A DNA stretch of 49,265 nucleotides, the filler included, from Bipalium vagum (Eukaryota), in the NCBI GenBank assembly GCA_037834085.1. It is 3 parts of 3 records of this genome, joined end to end, with 100 filler letters (N's around TTAATTAATTAA, not from the genome) between each part and the next. Parts side by side here need not be neighbours in the genome. Positions count along the whole stretch, not along the records: positions 1 to 16,863 come from JBBMKC010089540.1; 2 more parts are not named here. The stretch is one strand, 5' to 3'. The notes under the pieces are model-generated. The model was given only the letters and a program-made list of their open reading frames with translations. It did no database searches and was not told where the DNA came from. Shown in pieces: positions 1 through 10,200 of the stretch. The translations under genes and the position numbers were made by a program. How positions within the stretch are numbered: the stretch's first letter is position 1; the number at the start of each line of letters is the position of its first letter.

Positions 1-415
1 CAAATAATTGTTATCTTTTTTCTTACTTCCCAGTATTTTCTTTTTTTGTGTTCTTCACGTCTAGTAGGACGGAGAACTAAATTTTTAACTGAGGGGCCTT
101 GAGAGTAAGATACCGAAGGGTGATCTGACTTTTCTATTAACTCTTTATCTCGGGTTTTAACTTAATTAAAAGATAAAGTTGTTAGATTATATAAAATATA
201 TTTTATAAAACAACTTGTTAGCTCAGTTGATCGAATAAAAAAAAGTTTATCGCTTATCGTTTTAAAAGTTAAAAGGTTTTACAATCGATATTTGTTTAGA
301 AGTTTTAAAAATTCAACTTTTGGTAATCAACATTTTTATTGTCACTCAAATTTTAACTTCGAATGTACGCGCACTAAATCCTTCTGAATTTGAATATATT
401 TTATGTTAAGTTCCT

Positions 416-481
416 AAAAAGTCCACTATCGATATTCTTAACCCAATGAACATAAAAAGTCCACTATCGATCTTCTAACCC
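416..481 (+). repeat. Short direct duplication (AAAAAGTCCACTATCGAT..TAACCC x2)
   Basis: Two near-identical ~28-bp copies about 37 bp apart. Confidence 0.8.
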
Positions 482-1949
482 GATTAAATATTGATGATCA
501 TTTTCATATATATATTATCTTTTTAGGTTGAAACCTAACAATACTCTAAATAAAATAAGCTGATTTTAAACCATAACAACGGTTTACAGAATTAAAAATA
601 AAAAGGATAAAATGGTTAATATATATTCTAAATATAATAATATTCTAAAAAAATTTTCTTACATTTTCCATAAATCAGGTAAAATTAAAATATCTAATTT
701 TATGTAAAAGAAAGTCTATTCTTTTAGGTTCTTAAGTTTTCTATAATCTTGTGAAAATATTTGATTTTTTAAAAACTTCAGTTAAATGATATAAATTTGA
801 TCAACTTGTATTTCATCTTCTTTCAAATATATCTTTCCCGTTTAAAATAATATGTTATTTCTTGTTTTTCTCCAGAAACATCTCTTTCATAATTACATTG
901 TAATAATGTCTGATATTTAATTTTATTATTTACTTAATAATAAATCCTACTTCTTTCTAACTTCTTACTTTAAATCGAGACACACTCTTATTTTACGTGT
1001 ATGTATTTTAAAGAGGACTTTGTCATGATTACGTTGATACCAGAGTGACCATGTGCTTTGATGGAAAGTTCCACAATATTTACCTCAACAGCCGGTATGG
1101 AGTCACTTACTCACCAATATGAATCTTCTTTCTCTGAGTCATGAGGGTCGCACTTATCTACAATATTATACCAAAAGCACAGTAGATATACATTTTTGAA
1201 TCGATATAATAATTTGTTTAAGATTGTATATATATGACCCATACTAACAGTAAATGTGATTGCCCATGTATCGATTAAATCAAATTATAATACTTTTTAC
1301 ATCTTTACCTGAAAAAAATTAGAAATAATTTTTTAAATATTTCTTTAAGTTTATTAATATGTAAGTATATTTTTAATGGATTTAAATAAAATTACAAATT
1401 ATTTTAATAATATTTTAAATGAAATAATAATAATAATAATAATTTTAAATGAAAGAAAAATTTGTTTATCTATATTGTTCTGGGAATCAATACGAATTAC
1501 GATTTGCTCTCACTTCTTTGTTCACTAATTTTTACATTTAATGTAAGTTTTTCTAATTTGTCGAATTTTGTTAATTTAAGTTTTAAAATTGTTATGCTAT
1601 AACTTTTATTAAAAAAATTAATGAAAGTTATCAATAAGAAATGTCAAGTAAATTAAAGAATACAAATCTCTGGATGGTACATACCTGTTACCACTGACGC
1701 ATTTTGCATATTTCAAAATAGTATATATTAATTGTTGAATCCTTGACGGGCCGGAATATCCTATATATTACAGTATTTTTTAAGGAAATAACTCGAAAAG
1801 ATCATATTTTAAATGATATTAAAAATACTTTTTTGAAAAATTCGGATATTGAAAAGATGATTTGATTAAATTTTTAATTTTTTTGTTTAATAAAAATAAA
1901 AGGAAAAATACACTGAAAGTTCCATAAGGTTTGTGCATATTGTAAAGCA

Positions 1950-2950
1950 CTATCATTTATAACCTGTGTACTCAATACAGCGGATTTAGAATTCTTTCAA
2001 CAATTACAAAACTAGATATATGATTCCTGTAGTTGGAAAATTAAAGTGTTTGAAACATGAATGTTGTTAAATATCTACATAAAATATAATCAACTCTAAT
2101 CAGTGTAATGTTTATGGTATGGAGTAAAAAATAAATTTTTTATTACAATATATGAAAATTAAAACTAAAAATGAATTAAATTTTTATCACAACAATCAGA
2201 TAGATAACTAGGAATTATCAAAATATTTAAGTCATCAAAAGGGTAATTTTAAATATATTTTTAATCAAAATTGTTTCCAATTTTATGTTCTTTAACTTTC
2301 ATGAATATTATTTAAATTTAAAGTAATATACATTAGTTTTCTTGAAATTAATTATCATTTTACAAATGAAAGTCAAAGCTAAGTTTGTTAGAATTTGCAC
2401 AAATTAAGATAGTGAAATCCGTCACAATATCCCAACGACATTACATCCGATATTATATGAATTACATTATAAGTATACGCACTTTTATTTTCTAATAAAG
2501 ACAAAGTTGAACACAAGTTTTATTCCAAATATACGTAAACAAAATAAGTACCCGATAAATCTAAGATAGATTATCATATTTCTTAATATATTGAGCAATT
2601 TTGTAGTGATGAGTGATCTATTACATGAAATATTGTGTTAGCTCCGACTGTATTATTCATTCAAATAATAAATTCTTAATACGCAAATATCGTATGATGA
2701 AAAAAACTCTTGCAATAATATAACAACCGACCTTTCATCTTCCTCAGTGATACTTTCATCGCTATTTATATCTCCTGCCAATATTTTTGCAGCTATTTCA
2801 ACATCGATAGCCTCTAAGAATGCTAAAACCAGATCATGAACATGAAAAAATTACTGCAATTCATCGATTTCAAAGATATTAGCGTTATTCTATATACACC
2901 CTTGGGGAAGGGTTAAGGACAGCATAATTTATTTCAGAATTTCACAAAAA
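1950..2950 (-). mobile_element. Highly decayed Mutator (MULE)-like transposase remnant
   Basis: Ordered minus-strand fragments: LCC..KG...HVH (WRKY/FLYWCH-like), LDLSGTYF (DGTF-like), SLLENKSAYTY, IISD...GYCDGFHY, LTNLALTF, NFPTT. Many stops and frameshifts. Confidence 0.5.
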
Positions 2951-3789
2951 AACAGTAAATATAAAAATTGATACAAACAATTGTTCAATCAATACTTTAT
3001 TGCATATCACTTATACCTAAAGATCAGTTGCAAGCGTTTTGTACTATATTGTACCAAAATGAAATATTGTTATCTTTAAATCACTTTTTTATGATATTAA
3101 CCTGATTATCATCTTGATTAGAAATCGCCGTCTGTTTATCATTCACTAGATGTTGGTAGCAATCTGTCTTTTAGAACATTTGTTCAATATTTAGAATATC
3201 AAATGTTACCTGACACCGAATCTTAGGTGATGCAAAATAATAGTAAATAGTGAACTAATAACTTTTATTTATATCATAACATTAACAATCAATATTAATA
3301 ATATAAGGATCACAAAAAATAACATTGTTCAGATTGTTCCAGATGTTTCATATAATTAAATATTAATCAAATAAATATAATCTGTTAATTAAAACAAAAT
3401 AGTTAATCAAAGTATTATCAATAATAGTTTATTAATTAAAAAATAGATTAAAATAAATAAATAAATTTAATAATAAGAATTATAATTTAAAGAAAAAAAA
3501 ATTAAAACAATCTTAAGGTTTGTCTTCGGTCTAGATTCCAGAAATATCAGCTAAGCCCTAGCGGTTGCTCACAGATAGGCCTCTGATGGGGAATTTAAAC
3601 ATAACCCCAGGGGTAAAAACATTTTTTAATATACTTCATTTGGCGTTCAGTAGATTTCATCAGTAATCATTGTCAATAGATTGAGTAGTCTTCGCCGAAT
3701 ATATTCATCAATGTCTTCTGGTGAAATCTTTCTCCTGTTATACATTTTTGGTGATATTGTTTATATGATCTTGACATGGAGATAATTCT

Positions 3790-5411
3790 TTAAATAATTT
3801 CAAAAGCCTAAAAACTTCAAGGCACTGTGCGGAAGTACGAGCGAAAAACTGATATGGTCAGATGCATCTAGCAGAGTTTTCGAAGAAATGAATGAAGCAT
3901 TGACAAAATCCCCAATATTAGGTTTTCTTAGTACATCCAGGATTTTTATACTTGATACAGACGCGAGTTTTGACGCGATAGGAGCAGTTCTGTCCCAGAA
4001 AGATGGAAGGAGTCAAGAGAAGGTTATTGCATACGGATCGCATGCATTATCTGTTCATGAAAAAGGATATTGCATAACAAGAAAAGAACTAATGGCTATA
4101 TACTACTTTTCCAACATTTCAAACATTATCTGTATGGCAAGAAGTTTCTGGTACGTACGGACCACAAATCAATAACATTTATGAGAAAAACCATAAAACC
4201 AATCACTCCTCAATTTCAAACATGACAGAAATTCCTTAGTAGTTTAGATATGGAGCTGGAATTCAGAAAAGGTGAGAAACACTCGAAATAGAATATGCTG
4301 TCCAGAATGAATTGCGGAACGTGTAAACAATGTTTGAGTAACCACGAAGAGGCAAAAGAAGGAAAAATAAAGACAAGAACAATAAACGGAATAGAGAACG
4401 GGGCGGGATGTAAATGGCAAGAAAATAATGACGAAATCAAAAAAATCTTTAAAGATATTAATGATGGGAAAAGTAAGAAATTTCGACTTACAGATAATGT
4501 TTTACTTACAATGGAAGGGAAAATATGGATTCCTGGATCAAAGAAAGTAAAAGTAAAAGACATACATAAAAGACTCGTATATGCAGGTGCCGAGAATTTA
4601 GTAGACTATATGAAAAAAATTTATGATATGGAGGACTTGAGAAACACGGTCACCAGAGTCATGAAAGAATGTACAGCATGTGAGAAGACCAAAGTAACGA
4701 CTGCGACAAAGGAAAAAATGGTAAAACTTGAACCAAATGAACCCTTCGAAAAGATTATATGGACATCTGTGGACCACTGAGAGAAACATTCGGAAGGAAA
4801 AATACATGTGTGCCATATTAGACCAGTTCGGCACATATATAAGTTTAACAGCTAAACAGGATGAAGACTCAATCAAAAGAACAATCATGGAGAAATGGAT
4901 TCTAAGATTTGGGACACCCAAAGTGGTAAGATATTTGAAGGAAAAGTTTTTAGAGCAAAATAAAGATATGCCTCTCACGCCCATATCATCATAAAACGAA
5001 GGGAATGATGGAGCAACAATTTAGAACAATCCGAGATTATATCATTGCAATTTTACAAAACGGAGACTAGAAAAACAGGGCAGAGCTAATACCAGAAATA
5101 GAATATACTCTAAATGCTACAATCCAAAAAACGACTGGAAAAAGCCCTACTGAGGTAGTATTCGGAAGAATATATGGAGAACAGTGTATCAGCAACCGGG
5201 AAAATAAAGCAGAAGGGGAGGCATAAAAACAGACAAGTAGACAATTTCAAGTGGGAGAAAAAGTCCTGATCAAGGTCGAAGAGAGATCGAAAGACAAGAG
5301 CAGATACTGTGGATCTTACACAGTGATCCAGAAAATTCACGACAGATGACACCTAATGAGGAATGAAGCAGAACCCTGGAGAGAAACGTCGAGAAAATTA
5401 AAAAATTCTTT
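3790..5411 (+). mobile_element. Degenerate Ty3/Gypsy LTR-retrotransposon pol (RT end, RNase H, integrase, GPY/F), 5'-truncated
   Basis: RNase H FILDTDASFDAIGAVLSQ...VIAYGS...YCITRKELMAI. Integrase zinc finger remnant (IH....YAG...CTAC), core KWILRFGTPK and TTGKSPTEVVFG, GPY-like YCGSYTV. Multiple frameshifts and stops. Confidence 0.92.
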
Positions 5412-5620
5412 GAAGAAAGAGAATGTGAGAAGCTAAAAATATCTGAGTAACATTTAATTTTTTAATTTAATTTGCAGTATATTGATATAAAGATTTTAAT
5501 AATTAAATATAAGTATAAATTAATTTTTTAGTAAAAAGAAGTATAAATTTTAAAGCTTCGAATTAAATGCGAAAATTTTATATGTGAAAAGTATTAAAAT
5601 TTCATTTGTTTTAACAGCAA
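5412..5620 (+). repeat. Putative polypurine tract and start of 3' LTR of the Gypsy element
   Basis: GAAGAAAGAGAA (5412-5423) is immediately followed by TG at 5424, right after the pol end. The LTR right boundary is uncertain and there is no second LTR in the window. Confidence 0.45.
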
Positions 5621-5754
5621 AATGAAAAAAACAGAAAACGGTTTGAATTAATAAATTCTTATGGAGTGTAATGATTTTTTAGCCACCACTAACAAGAAGG
5701 ATGTTTAAAAGTAATTAGTGTTAAAAAGTAAATATTGTTTACCTGATTCTTGTA

Positions 5755-5915
5755 AGTTGGTAGCGAACTGCCGAGCTAATCAAAAAAAGAATATTCCTTG
5801 ATAAAGATAATATTATATTATATTGTTCAGATTTTATAACTCTTTGCAAATTGCAGTCTCTTGATTTGATGTTGATGATTCAAAATTGGTTTGTGCCCAA
5901 AATCAATAAGCAAAA
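5755..5915 (-). mobile_element. Tc1-like transposase, continuation after the non-LTR insertion
   Basis: LIDFGHKPILNHQHQIKRLQFAKSY...IIFIKEYSF resembles the Tc1 KKPLL...HK..RL.FAK...VLFSDESKF segment. Confidence 0.7.
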
Positions 5916-8900
5916 ATTTATTTAGTAAAAACGAGCCTCTTTCGAGGTGAATGTGCATTTGTACCATCTGTCTCCTGTGTTTTTTGTATTTGGCTTGATT
6001 TTCCATCTCCGCTCATCTTCTAATATGCCCTGAAAAATCATTAAATGAGAGAAGGCAGCAAAGAAGTAAGAAGAAGAGGAGTAAGACAGAGAGATATTAG
6101 ATAATATGGATTTCAGATATAATAAGCGTAGATTCTTATAGGGATAGTGTGACAAAAAAAGAACGTAATAGAGAGACAAAATTATTAATAATCATTAAAT
6201 TAGTTTAATTTTAGATTTTCAGTGATTCAAAATTAGTTCTATTTTCCTTGTAAACGTAGTTTAAGTATAATTTATATGATTCGTGGATTTTTTTTATTAA
6301 TAGATTAGATAAAGTATTAATTTGATTTTAGTTAGACCTATTTTCTTTAGTGCTGCATCGTTCTTTGGGCCCAATGAGCCGAGGCAACCAACAACGATTG
6401 TATCTAGAGACGTCTGGTATCTGGTGGTTCGGTTTAATTGTAAGCTTAAATCTTTATATTTCGTATAGTTTTTATCTCATGTTTTTAAAATTAATTTCCG
6501 TATCGTATGGCACTTTCATGTCGAGTAAGTGAATATTTTTATTAATATTATGATGAATTATTTGATCTGGTCTTGTGATTTTTTAAAGTTCGATATGTCT
6601 CAAGTCTGTCTACATTAAACCCAATATATCTTAAGTAATTTCCACAAACTTCTAATACACTGTTATGTTTTATAGTTTTACTTAGAGGAAATGATTTACA
6701 GTGAGTCTGAGTTTCTACTTTGTAATCAAAGCTTAGCTTTAATTCTATTTGGTTTATAGTATAATGGAAGATTATTTGTTCTGGCTTTAATGAGAAAGTG
6801 CTATTGTTTATCATTTAAGACTATATTGCTAATTACTTTTTTTGATTTTAGACTTAAGCTAATTTCTTGTAATGTGTGCGATTTCAAACTATTAAAGTAA
6901 CTTAAAGCACTAGAATTCCTTAGTATTTCAGTGGCCTTGTACATTTCTTATCCTCCTATAATATATTATGATTTTGAGTCAGAATCATTAATTGGAATTA
7001 TATATTTTAGGTTGATTTTGCCGTCAATCTGAAGAAAATCGCAATCAATTTTATTATTTTCTCTTAACGCTCTAATTAATTGTCTAACTTTAGTCCACCA
7101 AGTTCTTTTTACTTATGATTTACTTTCTATCTTATCACTTAACCATTGTAGCTTTGTTCTTATGTCATTTGGGCTATCTAATTTTGTTCTTTTCCCTACA
7201 GTATAATTTAAGTCAGTCACTATAAATTTTCTAAAGGTTAAATCCTCACTATTCATCATTTTAAGTTGACATTCAACACTGAAAATCCTATACTCATTAA
7301 TTGTTTTATAAATATTTAGTCCACCAAAATTCGATGGTGAATAGATAAAAGCGTTGTTGGTTCCTTGAAAGTAATTGTCTGATTTTATTTTTAACTATTT
7401 TCTTAATCTTCTTATCAAAGCCACGATCCTTATTCTTATTCTTAGCTTGGTTTTTGGTTTTCGATGATGGAGTCAGAGTATTAATAATCCTATTAGATAA
7501 ATGGAATCCTAACATAAGAAAATTTTTATAACAATTAATTATTTGAGTCGGCTGAAGATCAGAGTCACAAATTATATTATTAGGTTGGTGCAAAAATAAT
7601 GTTTTACAGCTATAAAAGTAAAAATGTCATAACTCAATGGAAAGTAAACTTTATTAATCAAAATAATTTCCATGTGAGTCAATACATTTCTGCCAACGAG
7701 TGATGAGTTTATTTATGCCTGTGGCATATAAAGGTCTTTCTTCCTGGAGGCAACAAACTCATCAAATGCCATTTCAGCATCAGCTCGGGTTTCAAAGCAC
7801 CTATTGACCAAGAAATTATCCAGAGCCTTAAAGAAATGGAAGTCTGTTGGCGAGACTTATCAAAAAATGACATTATTTTTGCACCAACCTAATTAAATAT
7901 TTTAAAATTTTATTAAGTATGTGGTCAATGATTGTCATGGTTAGCCAAATGGGACAATTTTGTGATAGTTTTTTAAAAAGAGAATAAATTGATTAGAGTA
8001 TGTTACAAGTTGGTCTTTTTGTCTAATATTATGAAAGATGCGAAATGTTTTAGTTTCCGACATCTGTTTACGGAGTTTTTTTCTCATGAGTTCCTTTTTT
8101 TTTCTAATCTCTTTTTAAGTTTCTGTTTTTGTTTCAGAACCCATTTTATTTTTATCTCTTTATATGGGAAATAAGATGGGTTTTGCATCCAATTATTAGA
8201 GTCATTATTACTTTTAATAATTTTTTTTGGTTTTATGAAAGCAGACATAGTTGGTTTGGTTTTATGAGTCTTATTTACAATGTTATCATTATTTAGAAGT
8301 GTCGATTCCAGATCGTGAAAACTGATTATTAAATTTTCATTTTTAGAAGGATTAGGATGATTATAGTTATGGTTTAAATAGAAATTGATTTTTTTTAAAA
8401 AGGTCAGAAAAGGTTTTTTGCTTGGACTGATAATGCGATTCATTACTATTAAATCAAAAGCTTTTTTAATATTTTTTTATTGAGATAATTATTTAGGTAG
8501 TGATTGTTGTTATTATTATAAGTAAGATTTTGATGATTATGAGAAAAATATTTATTGTGATTATGTGAAAAATGATTTTGTGGTAAATTATTAAGAAAAA
8601 ATAGAGGTGAGGGTATATATGACTGAAATACATCAGATGAATAACTAACTTTTTTGGGCATATATTGATGAACGGAATGATCGCGGTGTCGGTGGCTGCT
8701 GATTCCATGCTGGACATTGCGGGATCGACCTTACTTTGCATTCTGCTTATATATGGGACCCAATGTTGGAACTGATTCCGATGAAATCAGGGTAGCCATT
8801 TATTCTCCGAAGGCTGAAATCTTTGACTTTTATCATATGGCATATGTGCAAACTGTCAGTCTTGCATCATTGTACGTTGTGTAGTTATTGGTTGCATATT

Positions 8901-8922
8901 CAAACAAACTGTGTTGCATTCA
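5916..8922 (-). mobile_element. Degenerate RLE-type non-LTR retrotransposon (NeSL/R2-like), RT core deleted
   Basis: Minus-strand translation gives post-RT motifs SDLQPTQIINCYKNFL and FIYSPSNFGGLNI, RTWWTKVR, degenerate CCHC (ETQTH) followed by KHNSV, the restriction-like endonuclease RPD...LLDMKVPYD...KYKDL, and IVVGCLGSLGPKNDAALKKIG. A ~300-nt 3' UTR ends near TAAATAAA. The upstream part has a Ulp1-like WLTMTIIDHIL start and a low-complexity Asn-rich region. Confidence 0.85.
7580..7892 (-). mobile_element. Internally deleted Hsmar1-like mariner (mini-element) nested in the non-LTR element
   Basis: TIRs TTAGGTTGGTGCAAAAATAATG / CATTATTTTTGCACCAACCTAA, with TA on the left and TT on the right. 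Interior encodes only the transposase C-terminus SPTDFHFFKALDNFL...GINKLITRWQKCIDSHGNYFD*. Confidence 0.92.
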
Positions 8923-9140
8923 TGAGGATTTGAACCACAAACTGCTTAATTCTGCATATTCTCTAAATCGACTTCTTTTTATAATTCGAAATAACATCCT
9001 TTGATCTCGTTCATTACTTTTTGAGGGTTTCCTCGATCTAAGTCTAATTTGTGTATTACCTGTGTCTTTGAATCGCTTAACAACTGTTTCAACTTCAGAT
9101 TTTGATCCGTAGCCAGTCCACTGCCGAGATTTGGCGAAGT
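8923..9140 (-). mobile_element. Tc1-like transposase, N-terminal HTH half (split by the non-LTR insertion)
   Basis: Translates as LRQIS... and SKSEVETVVKRFKDTGNTQIRLRSRKPSKSNERDQRMLFRIIKRSRFREYAELSSLW, a typical Tc1 paired-like HTH + (G)RP linker. Confidence 0.8.
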
Positions 9141-9499
9141 ATTAATAATTAGTATTAGTATTAATCAGTGCTATCATCGATTTATTAGTATTAATTTAAA
9201 TTGAATTATTTTAAAATTATAAACAAACAAAAACGATAAATATTTTGTGTTGTCCTTAAACTTTTCTCAAGGCTGTATTTGCTAATGGAATCTCATATTT
9301 CGAATGTTTTATCAGAATAAATTTAAAGATTAGACCCAATATGGTTAAATTAATTTTTTATTGCTGTGATAGTAATATTTTCCCACGAGTCAAATATCTA
9401 AAGGCTGCAAAACACTACAAGTATTGGGTGTTAAAATACAAGCTTTGTGTTTCCAAATACACAACTTTGGATGGGGCGGGAAATTATACAAAAGATAAT

Positions 9500-10200
9500 C
9501 TTTTATTTTTGTGTATCTAGAGATTTGTCCCAATCACGCAAAATACTTTAACATATCAAAGTTGTCATGCATTGATATTTTTTTGTAGCGTAATGGTTGT
9601 TTCTTAGGACAATTAGGACCTTGAATTTTTTAATAACAATTAATTTTTTTAATTGATTCATTCATAATGAGAGGAACTAACATCATTACTTTTTCTTTAG
9701 ATAATTTTCCTCCAATGTATTTTTCATCTGTGAATATTAATATTTTCTGTGGTGACAAACGAAAGCATAATTCATTTTTGTCGGCATTGGGTATTTGACT
9801 ACCAGTATAACTCTCTCGTAAATTAGACCATACATTTTATATCAGATCACCACAAATCTCTAATTAAACACTACCTTTCTGTCCAAAAAATTTTCAAAAA
9901 ATAATATATAGCAATCAAAAATGAAATATTCAACTTTGTACATTTATAATCCGTTTTATTAAATAAATAGTAGTTCAAAATCTTTCGATTTTTTCTGCAG
10001 CATGACATGTTATTCGAATGTTCTTTCATCCTTGAATTTTAATCCATTTCAAAAGAGCTTAATCGATGTTTTGAACGCTACATTTTATTTTTTGTATTTT
10101 GTAGACGCGAACTTTTAAATAATAGTCAAATTCTTTTTCGATTCTTCTATATAATAAATATCGTAGAATGTGTTATCTCATATTCTTTTGCAAGGTTCAC
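9500..10200 (-). mobile_element. Decayed Tc1/mariner-superfamily transposase fragment
   Basis: Minus-strand ILIFTDEK (~9730) and MHDN (~9565) DDE motifs in the correct order. Boundaries approximate. Confidence 0.45.

Noticed and set aside
1020-1110. KAHGHSGIN, like an integrase HHCC start, on the minus strand
   Set aside because: No following CxxC or DDE core found.
4216-5352. Minus-strand ORFs 4216..4563, 4598..4984, 4621..4836, 5110..5352
   Set aside because: Antisense shadows of the Gypsy pol.
9105-9142. GCCGAGATTTGGCGAAG hairpin as a possible 5' ribozyme of the non-LTR element
   Set aside because: Wrong strand, and better explained as Tc1 transposase coding sequence.
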